A DNA stretch of 64,000 nt from a virus. Under the pieces are notes generated by a model. That model did not search any database, was not told the DNA's origin, and saw only the letters and a program-made list of their open reading frames with translations. Where the stretch lies: the IMG/VR virus record IMGVR_UViG_3300020156_000002, positions 66,654 to 130,653 of that record; one strand, written 5' to 3'. Below are positions 1 to 9,151 of the stretch, in pieces (positions within the stretch are counted from its first letter, which is position 1; each line of letters opens with the position of its first letter). A program made the translations under genes and the position numbers.

Positions 1-52
1 ATTAGTACTATCATATATGCCCTTAAAATTTCTGTCTAGTTAATTGTAGCCG

Positions 53-1042
53 ATCCAAAAATTAAAGGTTATAAGCTTATTCAGTGGGATAGGAGCGCAA
101 GAAAGAGGTTTAGAGGAATTAGGGATAGACTATGAGTTACTTAATTACTGTGAACTTAACGATGGTAAAGCTAAAGCATATTCATTACTACACAATGAAC
201 CATTAGAGAAACGGTGGAAAGATGTTACAAATATTAGTAAAGATAATATTAAGCACTGTGATTTAGTTCTTTATTCACCACCTTGTCAAGCATTCAGCGT
301 TGCCGGAAAGAAAAAAGGGTTGGCAGATATTAGAGGTACACTATTTTGGAATGCTTTAGATGTTATTAAAGCAGCTAATCCTAAATATGCAATCATGGAA
401 AATGTAGATAATTTGCCAAACAAGTTTACGGATGAATTTAATGAAATGCTAAAATGCTTAGATGATGCTGGATATAATAATTATTGGCAAATTATTAATG
501 CGAAAGATTATTGGCCGCAAAACAGAGAAAGAGTATACATAGTTTCTATTAGAAAAGATATTGATGATAATACATATAAATTCCCAATAGGAAATGATGA
601 GTCGAATTGGTGGGATAAGATTGATCCTTACGATACAAGAAATTTAACAGGAAGACAACAAAGAATGGTTGACTATGTAAAAGGACTAAACCAAGAGGAT
701 AACATAAAAATTGAAGGAGTACCACAGTTTGAAAATGCTGTTATTACATTAAGACAAAGTGGATTAAGATTTCAAGCGAATAGAGAACATCCAACAATTA
801 CTGCTTACATGGGTAAAGGTGGTGGAAATTTTACTATACTTGCATACAAAGGTCATATTGGTGGAATTAAACCTAGAGGTTGTTTTAAGTTAATGGGATT
901 CAAAGAAGAAGATTCTGATATGCTTGAACAGAATGGATTTAGCGTTAGTTCACTTTACGTAATGGCTGGTGATAGTGTTGTAGTTCCAGTTATAAAAGTG
1001 ATTGAAAGAAATTTATTAAAGAATTACATACATAATAAATAA
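53..1042 (+). CDS. DNA (cytosine-5)-methyltransferase; frame extends upstream of the ORF-track start at 320; true start codon uncertain
   Basis: In-frame motif I (LKVISLFSGIGA) from 62 and motif IV (SPPCQAFS) lie upstream of 320; ENV, QNRER and motif X (AGDSVV) follow; in-frame TAG at 47-49. Confidence 0.9.
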   Translation: MQKLKVISLFSGIGAQERGLEELGIDYELLNYCELNDGKAKAYSLLHNEPLEKRWKDVTNISKDNIKHCDLVLYSPPCQAFSVAGKKKGLADIRGTLFWNALDVIKAANPKYAIMENVDNLPNKFTDEFNEMLKCLDDAGYNNYWQIINAKDYWPQNRERVYIVSIRKDIDDNTYKFPIGNDESNWWDKIDPYDTRNLTGRQQRMVDYVKGLNQEDNIKIEGVPQFENAVITLRQSGLRFQANREHPTITAYMGKGGGNFTILAYKGHIGGIKPRGCFKLMGFKEEDSDMLEQNGFSVSSLYVMAGDSVVVPVIKVIERNLLKNYIHNK

Positions 1043-1099
1043 TAATATTAAACATAACAACATCAATTGTAGTTTTGAAATGGAGAATTAGAAAGGAGA

Positions 1100-1234
1100 T
1101 TGCATGAGATTTTAAGAAGTTTGTTCTGTAAACATGATTTTGAGCATGTTAAAAGAAATGAGTTTACAGATGGAACACTAGATACATATTTTTGTAAGAA
1201 ATGCGGATGGATAAGAAAAGTTAAGACTAGATAA
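1100..1234 (+). CDS. Small Cys/His zinc-binding phage protein (44 aa from TTG; possibly frameshifted from ATG 1104)
   Basis: LFCKHDF...YFCKKCG pattern; SD AAAGGAG upstream. Confidence 0.5.
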   Translation: MHEILRSLFCKHDFEHVKRNEFTDGTLDTYFCKKCGWIRKVKTR

Positions 1235-1266
1235 ACTCAACAATTTATCGTAATGTTTGAAAGGAA

Positions 1267-1527
1267 GTGAAAGATTTGAATAGAAGGTCAACAGGATTAT
1301 TTGATTTCAATAATATAGAAGTGTTTGATAAAGACATATTATCACTTGATAGTGATAATAAAAATACTTGGTTATGCTATTGGAAACCGGAAGAAAATAA
1401 ATTCGTTTTAAGAAAGAAAAATTATAAAACAGAATGCATGTGTATATCTTTTGTTTCTGGATTTTGGAGAGTAATTGGTAATTTAAATGACAATCCAGAG
1501 TTATTCAAAGAAAGGAAAATAATATGA
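1267..1527 (+). CDS. YopX-family phage protein
   Basis: STGLxDxNxxExFxxDIL and C-terminal VIGNxxDNPELF motifs. Confidence 0.75.
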   Translation: MKDLNRRSTGLFDFNNIEVFDKDILSLDSDNKNTWLCYWKPEENKFVLRKKNYKTECMCISFVSGFWRVIGNLNDNPELFKERKII

Positions 1528-1696
1528 AACTATCAAAAGAAAGAGCGGATAATTTATTAAAAAAATTGATTTTTATGAGTCAAAGAAAGACAACAATATA
1601 TTTGACGATTTCTATCGGTCTGATTTAGATATTTTTCGTGAGTTAATAAATGAAACTATAAGAGAGGAGAAATTAAATGAGCAGTTATTGGGATGA
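1524..1696 (+). pseudogene. Small ORF interrupted by an apparent -1 frameshift in an A7 run
   Basis: SD plus ATG at 1524; 0 frame stops at 1628; -1 frame after the A7 run (1559-1565) continues with natural-looking sequence to TGA 1696. Confidence 0.4.
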
Positions 1697-2432
1697 TGAA
1701 CCATATTATTATGAACCATCTGAAGCAGATGAAATATTTTTAGAAGCAAAGAGTAAATTAGAAAATGCATTAAAAGAATCCATTAAAAACAAAATGGAAC
1801 AAATACTAGAAGAGAATACGAGTTTAAAAGAAGAGAATCAAAAAATGAGGGAAAAGGTTAGAGAAATCGAGTGGAAAGAAAAATCATTAGAAAGTAAAGA
1901 AAAAGATTTAGAAAGATCAGTGCTATGTAAAAAGTTTTCTGAGATGTTAAAGCCACTCGAAGAAAAAACACCTATGTACAACGTGGATTATAAATGGGTG
2001 TATGGTGATAAATGTAACAAATGTAACGAGAACAGGCAAATAGAATATACTCTTCCGTCAGGAAAGCGTGGATACGAGGATTGCACTTGTAAAAAATCTT
2101 ATGTGGTTTACTATCCTGTATTAAGAGAAGTTGTGTCATTATCTTTATATAAAAGTAAAGATTATCCTTACAAAATTTCCGTTACTCCAAAATACGATTC
2201 TCCAAGTTATGATGATACATATTGTCATTTTGAACTAAAAACTTATATTGAAAATCTTGATGAAACATATGACTTAAAAGAATTATATTATAAGTCAGTT
2301 GGATTTAAAACAGAAGAAGATTGCCAAAAGTTATGTGACTATTTAAACAAAAAGGAAAAGGTACCTAAGAAAGTTATGGCGAAAACAAAAACCGTGGTCG
2401 TAACTGAAGATAGTGATGAAGATTGGGAATAA
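1677..2432 (+). CDS. Hypothetical phage protein (coiled coil plus CxxC...CxC)
   Basis: 251-aa ORF with SD GAGGAG. Confidence 0.7.
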   Translation: MSSYWDDEPYYYEPSEADEIFLEAKSKLENALKESIKNKMEQILEENTSLKEENQKMREKVREIEWKEKSLESKEKDLERSVLCKKFSEMLKPLEEKTPMYNVDYKWVYGDKCNKCNENRQIEYTLPSGKRGYEDCTCKKSYVVYYPVLREVVSLSLYKSKDYPYKISVTPKYDSPSYDDTYCHFELKTYIENLDETYDLKELYYKSVGFKTEEDCQKLCDYLNKKEKVPKKVMAKTKTVVVTEDSDEDWE

Positions 2433-2461
2433 ACCTATATAGAACTAAGAAAGGAAAAACA

Positions 2462-2830
2462 ATGAAACCAGAAGAACTACTAAACACAGAGTATTCAATT
2501 AAATTTGACGAGATACGTAAGAAAATGATGCAAACTAGTTATTATAAATTTGGATCAGTAAAAGATAATTATGATACATACAAAGGTTTAAAAGCGATAC
2601 CCAGCTTACAAGCAAAGTTACAAGAATATTTAGATACTGGTAACACAGAATTTCTTGCAGACGTAGCTAATTTCGCAATGATTGAATTTATGTATCCATC
2701 ATTACCAAATGCAAATTATAGACCTTCTGACGGATATAATAATGGAAGAAGAACAACGATTGGGATTAGTGTTAATGAGATGAAAGATATTAATGATGGG
2801 AATGGGGATTGGTGGCTTAAAACCAACTAG
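2462..2830 (+). CDS. Hypothetical protein, possible MazG-like/dNTP diphosphohydrolase helical fold
   Basis: YLDTGNTEFLADVANFAMIE motif; SD AAAGGA before ATG 2462 (ORF track start 2423). Confidence 0.45.
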   Translation: MKPEELLNTEYSIKFDEIRKKMMQTSYYKFGSVKDNYDTYKGLKAIPSLQAKLQEYLDTGNTEFLADVANFAMIEFMYPSLPNANYRPSDGYNNGRRTTIGISVNEMKDINDGNGDWWLKTN

Positions 2831-2861
2831 AATTTATCATTTATAATGAAAGGAGCAGAAA

Positions 2862-3086
2862 ATGAAAGTAATTGAAAGTGTTATTGCAACAGATAAACTT
2901 ATACAGCTTGAATTGTACTACATAACAAAAATGCCAGATCAACTAAAAGAATTAAAGAAAACATATTATACGTATCAAAAAATGTTGAATGTGTTTGGTA
3001 AAAATAAGAAGTTAAATTTATATGACAAGATATTAAAAGATATGAATGAGATACGAGAAGTATATCATATTTATGAAACCAGATAA
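2862..3086 (+). CDS. Hypothetical protein
   Basis: 74-aa ORF with SD AAAGGAG. Confidence 0.6.
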   Translation: MKVIESVIATDKLIQLELYYITKMPDQLKELKKTYYTYQKMLNVFGKNKKLNLYDKILKDMNEIREVYHIYETR

Positions 3087-3263
3087 ATGCGTTATTTAAT
3101 AATAAATAATATAATACGAATAGAAAGGAAAAATAAATGAAATACATGGCACAATGTATGGTATTTAAAACAAATATAGATATCAAATGTAGAGCATAAA
3201 ACCAAATCAATTCAATTATAAGTTTTATAAGGATAATATATGAAACATAAGAAAGGAGATTTA

Positions 3264-4262
3264 ATGAGTAATAATGAAATAACACTAGATGTTTTATTAG
3301 ATCAAGTAAAAGACGGTGATATATATAAATCGCTATTAGTTACAAATCAAAAATTGCTACATTCAGGATATAAAAGTTTAGTAGGTTCAATCAGTGGAGG
3401 TAGCGACAGTGATATTTTACTAGATTTATGTTGTAGAGTAGATAATGACCGTAAAATTAAGTACGTATTCTTTGATACAGGACTTGAATATGAAGCGACG
3501 AAAGAACATCTTAAATATCTCGAAGAAAAATATGGAATTACTATTGAACACGCAAAAGCAAAGAAACCAATACCAACATGCTGTAAAACATATGGTCAGC
3601 CATTTTTATCAAAACAAGTTAGCGAGTACATAAGTAGATTACAGAAACACGAATTTAAATGGGAAGATAAACCTTTTGAAGAATTGTACAAAGAATATCC
3701 AAATTGCAAAGTGGGGTTAATGTGGTGGTGCAACGAGTGGGGAGATAAAAGTAAATTCAACATTAATTATAATAAAGGATTAAAAGAATTTATGATATTG
3801 AATCCACCCGATTTCAAAATATCTAACAAATGTTGTGATTATGCAAAAAAGAAAGTAGCAAAGGATTTTAAAAATATAAATGATATTGATTTAAGTTTAG
3901 TTGGTGTTAGAAAAGCCGAAGGCGGTGCTAGATCGTCAGCATACAAGAATTGTTTTTCTAGTAATAGCGATAAAGCAGATGAATATAGACCTATATTTTG
4001 GTATAAAGAAGAAACTAAGCGAGAATATGAAAAGCAGTTTGATGTAATACATAGTAGATGTTATTCAGAATATGGATTAAAACGTACTGGTTGTGCTGGC
4101 TGTCCATATGGAAAAGATTTTGAGTTTGAATTAGAAGTAATACAAGAGCATGAGCCAAAATTATACATAGCAGTAAATAATATATTTGGAGATTCGTATA
4201 AATATACGAGAAAATATAATGAATTTAAAAGTAGTTATAAACCAAATAAAACCATCAATTGA
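3264..4262 (+). CDS. Phosphoadenosine phosphosulfate reductase-family (PP-loop) protein
   Basis: SISGGSDS PP-loop, FFDTGLE, CC..KK, GVRKAE and RTGCAGCP motifs; SD before ATG 3264. Confidence 0.85.
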   Translation: MSNNEITLDVLLDQVKDGDIYKSLLVTNQKLLHSGYKSLVGSISGGSDSDILLDLCCRVDNDRKIKYVFFDTGLEYEATKEHLKYLEEKYGITIEHAKAKKPIPTCCKTYGQPFLSKQVSEYISRLQKHEFKWEDKPFEELYKEYPNCKVGLMWWCNEWGDKSKFNINYNKGLKEFMILNPPDFKISNKCCDYAKKKVAKDFKNINDIDLSLVGVRKAEGGARSSAYKNCFSSNSDKADEYRPIFWYKEETKREYEKQFDVIHSRCYSEYGLKRTGCAGCPYGKDFEFELEVIQEHEPKLYIAVNNIFGDSYKYTRKYNEFKSSYKPNKTIN

Positions 4263-4310
4263 AGCGGTAATAAGTAATAATAATAAACAAATAAAGGAGT
4301 AAAAACTAAC

Positions 4311-5027
4311 ATGAAAAAGAATAGCGTACTAAGTTGCGTTGGAATTATTCTAGCAGCGACATCACTCTTCGTTTTCTCGTGGAAGTCACAAGCAACAACG
4401 TCTTCCGCTAATGCATACGAGAGCAGAAGACCAATTAAAAGAGAGGTTTATTATAATGAATTGGCTATTAGCGAGCCAAGTGAAACATCAGAAGATGTAT
4501 TAGATAAATCTGAGACTGTAACAACCACATATACAGTTGGTGAAGAAGAGATATGTGGACTTGAAGTAACCAACTTGAAAATAGATATAAAAGAAATTAA
4601 AGCTGCAAAGAAAAAGAAAGCTAAAAAGAAGAAAAAAGAATGCAAAAACCGATGGAACATTACACTTACGAAAGATGAAATTAATTTATTGGCAAGAATC
4701 GTTTGGGTTGAGTCAAGAGGAGAATCCAATCGAGGTCAAAGAGGAGTAATTGAAGTAATATTTAACAGAATGAAACATTGGGCATTTAAAGGAAGCTTAT
4801 ATGATGTTTTAAGTGCTAAGTCACAATTTTCATCATGGGGCAGTAGAAATGAAGCGGCGCCAACAGAAAAAGAGTATAAAAATATTAAGAAAGTACTTAA
4901 TGGAGAAACTGAAATATTTGATTTTGAAACAGTTTATTTTTCAAGAACCAAAAGAAATGATGATATAGCAGATCATATAGGAGCACATTATTTTTGTAGA
5001 TATGAGTTCAAAAAAGACAAGGAGTGA
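4311..5027 (+). CDS. SleB/Hydrolase_2-family cell wall hydrolase with N-terminal signal or anchor
   Basis: LLARIVWVESRGE...VIEVIFNR...QFS...IGAHYF catalytic-domain motifs; hydrophobic N-terminus. Confidence 0.85.
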   Translation: MKKNSVLSCVGIILAATSLFVFSWKSQATTSSANAYESRRPIKREVYYNELAISEPSETSEDVLDKSETVTTTYTVGEEEICGLEVTNLKIDIKEIKAAKKKKAKKKKKECKNRWNITLTKDEINLLARIVWVESRGESNRGQRGVIEVIFNRMKHWAFKGSLYDVLSAKSQFSSWGSRNEAAPTEKEYKNIKKVLNGETEIFDFETVYFSRTKRNDDIADHIGAHYFCRYEFKKDKE

Positions 5028-5221
5028 TACATATTAGAAGTTTAATTGAAGAACTAGAGGAAGAAGAAAGAGATGAATGGCAAGATGAACTACGTAGAGC
5101 AGATATAGATAGTAGACGTTGTCCTATATGTGGAAGATTATTGGAAGAAAGAAGAGAGTCATATGAGGCATGGGGAAACAGTTTTACTATACCAGTTTTA
5201 ATGTGTCCTGAATGCGATTAA
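5024..5221 (+). CDS. Small zinc-ribbon protein
   Basis: CPICG...CPEC. Confidence 0.6.
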   Translation: MIHIRSLIEELEEEERDEWQDELRRADIDSRRCPICGRLLEERRESYEAWGNSFTIPVLMCPECD

Positions 5222-5460
5222 GAGAGAGAGGTGAAAATATGGGAGTCGCAATTATGTCAACAATAGGATTATGTAGTATTTTAATGGTTGGAATGGTGTG
5301 TGCATGTGTAAGGATGATGGGATTGTGCAGTAGAGATGAAGAAAAATTTTCAGTTTCTAAGGAGATAACTATTGGCGAATGTGAGAAATTGTTCTTAGAA
5401 AATGGATATAGAACCGTGATTGAGAATGGCGAAATAGTGAAATTCGTTGATGAAGAGTAA
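5212..5460 (+). CDS. Small membrane-anchored protein (probable start 5239)
   Basis: One hydrophobic helix; SD GAGGTG before ATG 5239. Confidence 0.55.
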   Translation: MRLRERGENMGVAIMSTIGLCSILMVGMVCACVRMMGLCSRDEEKFSVSKEITIGECEKLFLENGYRTVIENGEIVKFVDEE

Positions 5461-5486
5461 ATTATATTAAACACAAGGAGATATTT

Positions 5487-6053
5487 ATGAAAATAGAAAA
5501 TACACAGATATATGGGCTAGATAACGCAATTAAATGTAGCAAGTATCCAATGGCGACAGATACAACCAAAGTGGATACTGAAATAACAAATACAGTTAAA
5601 AAATTAGGTAGTTCAGGATTAGGAGAAGGACATAATCAATTTTTAACAGGCATTATTGTTCAGTTTGATTTAACATTTTCCAATAAAGCATGGGTGGAAT
5701 TGCAAAGATATCACTTTATAGATTTTATATCAAGTCAATCCACGATGCATCGCATATCTAAAATGGATATTAAAGAATCTTGTAATGAATATGTTACAAA
5801 TAACACCATAAATGAATTGATAAGGCTAAAGGAAATCTATCTAAAAACCCAGGATAAAAATGATTATTTAAGACTTCTATATAACATACCATCAGGATTT
5901 GAGTTAACGGCAGGAATGACTACCAATTATAGGCAGCTTAAAACAATTTTAAATCAACGTAGACAACATAAACTTCCAGACTGGCAAATGTTTTGTGATT
6001 GGATTGAAGCGTTACCTATGTTTAAGGAGTTATGTTTAGGAGGTGATAAATAG
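5487..6053 (+). CDS. Divergent ThyX-like (flavin-dependent thymidylate synthase fold) protein
   Basis: GH.QFL...VQFDL...ELQRYH...SSQSTMH...TTNYRQL...QRR.H.LP.W pattern; located in a nucleotide-metabolism cluster. Confidence 0.6.
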   Translation: MKIENTQIYGLDNAIKCSKYPMATDTTKVDTEITNTVKKLGSSGLGEGHNQFLTGIIVQFDLTFSNKAWVELQRYHFIDFISSQSTMHRISKMDIKESCNEYVTNNTINELIRLKEIYLKTQDKNDYLRLLYNIPSGFELTAGMTTNYRQLKTILNQRRQHKLPDWQMFCDWIEALPMFKELCLGGDK

Positions 6054-6613
6054 TGTTAATTATAGTTGGTAAGAGTGCAACAGGAAAAGATACTATTGCT
6101 AATGAATTATGTAAGATGGGATATACTCGCATTGTGACATTTACAACACGTCCGAAAAGACCTTTCGAGACAGATGGTATTTCATATAATTTTATTACTG
6201 TAGAAGATTTTTTAACAAAATATATTGATGGATTTTTCTTAGAAGCAAGGCATTACAATACAGAATCAGGTATATGGTTTTATGGGTCAAGTTTTTCAAG
6301 CTATGAAAATGCAGATGATAAAACCATATGTATCTTAACACCAAGTGGTTTACGTAAACTAAGAGAAAATTTCATACCATTTACAGGTTTCTTAATAAAT
6401 ATATCAGATGAAGAAATTATAAAACGTCAAGAACTACGTGGAGATAATGCAACAGAAGAAAAGAAGAAAGAAGCTGAAAGAAGATTTAAAACTGATAAGA
6501 TCGATTTTCAAAACATTAACAATCTAATTGATTTTACGATTAATAATGAAAACAGAAGTGCTGAAGAAGTAGCCAAAGAAATTGATAGACTTTATAGAAA
6601 AGGATGTGAATAG
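6053..6613 (+). CDS. gmk: Guanylate kinase-like nucleoside monophosphate kinase
   Basis: GKSATGKDT P-loop and TTRPKRPFETDGISYNF signature. Confidence 0.85.
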   Translation: MLIIVGKSATGKDTIANELCKMGYTRIVTFTTRPKRPFETDGISYNFITVEDFLTKYIDGFFLEARHYNTESGIWFYGSSFSSYENADDKTICILTPSGLRKLRENFIPFTGFLINISDEEIIKRQELRGDNATEEKKKEAERRFKTDKIDFQNINNLIDFTINNENRSAEEVAKEIDRLYRKGCE

Positions 6614-7036
6614 ATGGACAGGTTTAAGATTTATTTATGTGGTGGAATGAGCGGATTAAATATGGCTTCACAAAATGAGTGGAGAGTTAAGTATAAAGAG
6701 TGGCTTTTAAAACAAGAAACAAATTATAAATTAACGATTATTAATCCATGCGATTATTTTAATTTTGTTAACAAACGTCATATTTCAGAACGTGAGATTA
6801 TGAATTACGATTTAAATCATGTCAGAACGTCTAATTTATTATTGACTAATTTCAATTCGCCAAACAGTATAGGAAGTGCTATAGAAATGTATTTAGCAAA
6901 AGAATTACATATACCTGTGATTGGAATCAATAAAGGAAATGAGATTCATCCTTGGATTTTAGAATGTGTCGACAGAATGTTTGACAATGAGAACGATGCC
7001 TTGGAATATATTAAAGATTTTTATTTAGCAGAATAA
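6614..7036 (+). CDS. Nucleoside 2-deoxyribosyltransferase / nucleotide N-hydrolase family
   Basis: IYLCGGM, INP, YDL..V, SIGSAIEM...IPVI motifs. Confidence 0.8.
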   Translation: MDRFKIYLCGGMSGLNMASQNEWRVKYKEWLLKQETNYKLTIINPCDYFNFVNKRHISEREIMNYDLNHVRTSNLLLTNFNSPNSIGSAIEMYLAKELHIPVIGINKGNEIHPWILECVDRMFDNENDALEYIKDFYLAE

Positions 7037-7049
7037 GGAGGATTACAAA

Positions 7050-7238
7050 ATGGTAGATGAAACAAAAGTTTATACAGTAGAGGACATACAGAAAATACTA
7101 GGAATTAATAAAAATAGGGCATATTCTTTGTCAACAAGTGGTATATTTCCTTTTATAAGAATAGGCAAACGAATCATTGTACCTCGTAAAACATTTGATG
7201 AATGGATGTACTCTGATTTTGAAAAAGTGATAGAATAA
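7050..7238 (+). CDS. xis: Excisionase (HTH_17 winged helix)
   Basis: YTVEDIQKILGI...AY.L...FP.IRIGKRIIVPR; adjacent to attP and integrase. Confidence 0.85.
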   Translation: MVDETKVYTVEDIQKILGINKNRAYSLSTSGIFPFIRIGKRIIVPRKTFDEWMYSDFEKVIE

Positions 7239-7454
7239 GAGCGGATTAAAAATGTGATACATGGACTGATTTTGGTAGAAAATTAGGTAGAAAAATCGTA
7301 GTATAAACTGTATAAGAACATATAAAATATTATAAAATCGTTTAATAATATATAAACATAAAACACAAAATGAATACCGCATAAACACTGGATTATTATA
7401 AGAATGAATAAGATTCTACAATATTATAAAAATCCATATAATGGCATAATTTTC

Positions 7455-7499
7455 GGACTCTGACTCCAGCATCTCAAGGTTCGAATCCTTGTAGCCCAG
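7455..7499 (+). tRNA. 3' half of tRNA-Gln(CTG) (attP core, not a complete tRNA)
   Basis: GGA-CTCTGAC-TCC anticodon arm, CAAGG-TTCGAAT-CCTTG T arm and TAGCCCA acceptor 3' strand; D arm and 5' acceptor strand are absent. Confidence 0.85.
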
Positions 7500-7503
7500 T
7501 AAT

Positions 7504-7530
7504 AACACCACTATATGTGGTGTTTTTTAT
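7504..7530 (+). terminator. Intrinsic terminator after the tRNA fragment
   Basis: AACACCAC-TATAT-GTGGTGTT followed by a T run. Confidence 0.75.
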
Positions 7531-7688
7531 TGCTATAACACACTATATATAGTGACTGTCGGATAATTGACTACAATATATTGAAAAAGGTAGAAAAATA
7601 GGTAGAAAAGTTAATTATTTTATGATATAATTTTCTTGTTAGGTAGAAAAGTTAGGTAGAAAAATTATCAACAAGGAGATTACAAATT

Positions 7689-8891
7689 ATGTCACGTAAA
7701 AAAACAGATATAAAAAATGTATCCTATGATGATGTAAAAAAACTATATTATGTTACACTTTATTATGGAACTGACGAAAATAACAAACCAATTAAAAAGA
7801 CTGTCACCTGTAAAACTAAACCAGAGGCAAAAAATATCATAAAAACATTTGAAGCGGATAAAATAAAAGATGAAGTAGTTAAGCCGAAAAACGAAACTTT
7901 GGAAGAATGGTTAGATTATTGGTTAGAAAAAGTAGTTAAGCCCATAAATGAATCAACAACCTATTGTGGATATAAAGCAATAATAAATCATATAAAGGAT
8001 GCTGATATAGGTAAAATTCAGATTCAAAAACTAACTCCTAAAGATATACAAGAGTATTTTCAATACAAACTAACAACTCCACCAAAAGGTAAAAAAGAAC
8101 CTTTGTCTACGAATACGGTAAAAAAGCATTATGTATTATTAAGAACAGCTTTAGGACTTGCTAAACAACAAGATGTTATTCGTAATAATCCAATGGAAAA
8201 AGTGGTGCCACCTAAATACGTTAAACCCAAAATTAACTTCTATAATCTTGAACAATTACAAAAGTTATTCTCTTTATCTGAAGGAACATTATTAGAACCT
8301 GCTGTGTATTTAGCTGGTATGTTAGGATTACGTAGGGAAGAAATCTCAGGACTGAAGTGGAAAAATGTTGACTTAAAAGAAAATATAATAATTATCGATG
8401 AAGTTGCTGTAAGAGCAGATAATGATGTAATTAAAAAGGCACCAAAAACATCCACTTCAATTCGTAAATTAATAATACCAGATTTGCTTCGTAATGTGCT
8501 AGAAAGAGTTAATAATCAACAAATAGAAAATAGAAAAACTTATTTAAAAGAAGAAGCCAATGACAATTCAAACATTAATGAAAATGAATATGTAGTATCT
8601 AACTTGAACGGAGAACCTTTAAATCCGGCACATCTTTCATCTATGTTTGCAAAATTCATTAAAAAGAATAATTTGCCAGACATTTCGCTTAGAGGGTTAA
8701 GACATTCGGTAGCATCTGTGGCAAATGCATCTGGCGTAACGTTATATGATATAAGCAAAATGCTGGGACATGCCAGTCCTGATATTACAGGGAAAGTATA
8801 TGTTGAAGTCTTTGATAAGCACAACGAAAAAGCTGTTAATTCTGTGGCAGATGCAATAGGAAACAAAATGAATAACATAAATACAAATTAA
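7689..8891 (+). CDS. int: Tyrosine integrase
   Basis: Arm-binding N-terminus, SAM-like core, GLRREE, LRGLRHS, MLGH and VY catalytic motifs. Confidence 0.95.
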   Translation: MSRKKTDIKNVSYDDVKKLYYVTLYYGTDENNKPIKKTVTCKTKPEAKNIIKTFEADKIKDEVVKPKNETLEEWLDYWLEKVVKPINESTTYCGYKAIINHIKDADIGKIQIQKLTPKDIQEYFQYKLTTPPKGKKEPLSTNTVKKHYVLLRTALGLAKQQDVIRNNPMEKVVPPKYVKPKINFYNLEQLQKLFSLSEGTLLEPAVYLAGMLGLRREEISGLKWKNVDLKENIIIIDEVAVRADNDVIKKAPKTSTSIRKLIIPDLLRNVLERVNNQQIENRKTYLKEEANDNSNINENEYVVSNLNGEPLNPAHLSSMFAKFIKKNNLPDISLRGLRHSVASVANASGVTLYDISKMLGHASPDITGKVYVEVFDKHNEKAVNSVADAIGNKMNNINTN

Positions 8892-8953
8892 ATATCAAGA
8901 TGAATGTCCATATAAAATTAAACTCTTTAGATTTTTAGTTCCTTGTAAATAGC

Positions 8954-8994
8954 AAAAAAATAGGAGACTTCCAATTCTGGTTGTCTCCTATTTT
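8954..8994. terminator. Bidirectional terminator between the convergent arms
   Basis: AAAATAGGAGAC...GTCTCCTATTTT stem with A and T tails. Confidence 0.75.
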
Positions 8995-9151
8995 AGTAAA
9001 TGAATTCTGAATATAATTTTCACATTTGGGAATTTCGCTCCCAAAATTGGTTGCTTTTTGGGAATAATTTTCCCATTCTAAAATTCACGAAACGCTTGAT
9101 TTATAAGGTTGGAATCAAGATTTTCGGGCTTTGATTTCTCTTATTCTTACG

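Larger units (their letters stand above)
7274..7663. mobile_element. attP region with three pairs of GGTAGAAAA direct repeats (integrase arm-type sites)
   Basis: GGTAGAAAA at 7274, 7286, 7589, 7601, 7642 and 7655, flanking a tRNA 3' fragment between xis and int. Confidence 0.85.

Noticed and set aside
17-49. Stop-codon reassignment (TAG read-through) suggested by the methylase 5' end
   Set aside because: Long genes are intact in the standard code, TAG terminates several genes (e.g. 2830, 6053, 6613), and a TAA is also in frame
7441-7500. Functional phage tRNA-Gln or suppressor tRNA
   Set aside because: D arm and 5' acceptor strand are missing; it is an attP core with ordinary anticodon CTG
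7274-7663. CRISPR-like or iteron array
   Set aside because: Only 9-bp repeats in three pairs with irregular spacing around an att core; fits integrase arm sites. No CRISPR array seen anywhere in the window
2899-8878. - strand ORFs in the early arm (2899-3285, 4451-4729, 5187-5474, 7131-7388, 8240-8455, 8540-8878)
   Set aside because: Shadow frames with biased composition that overlap well-supported + strand genes
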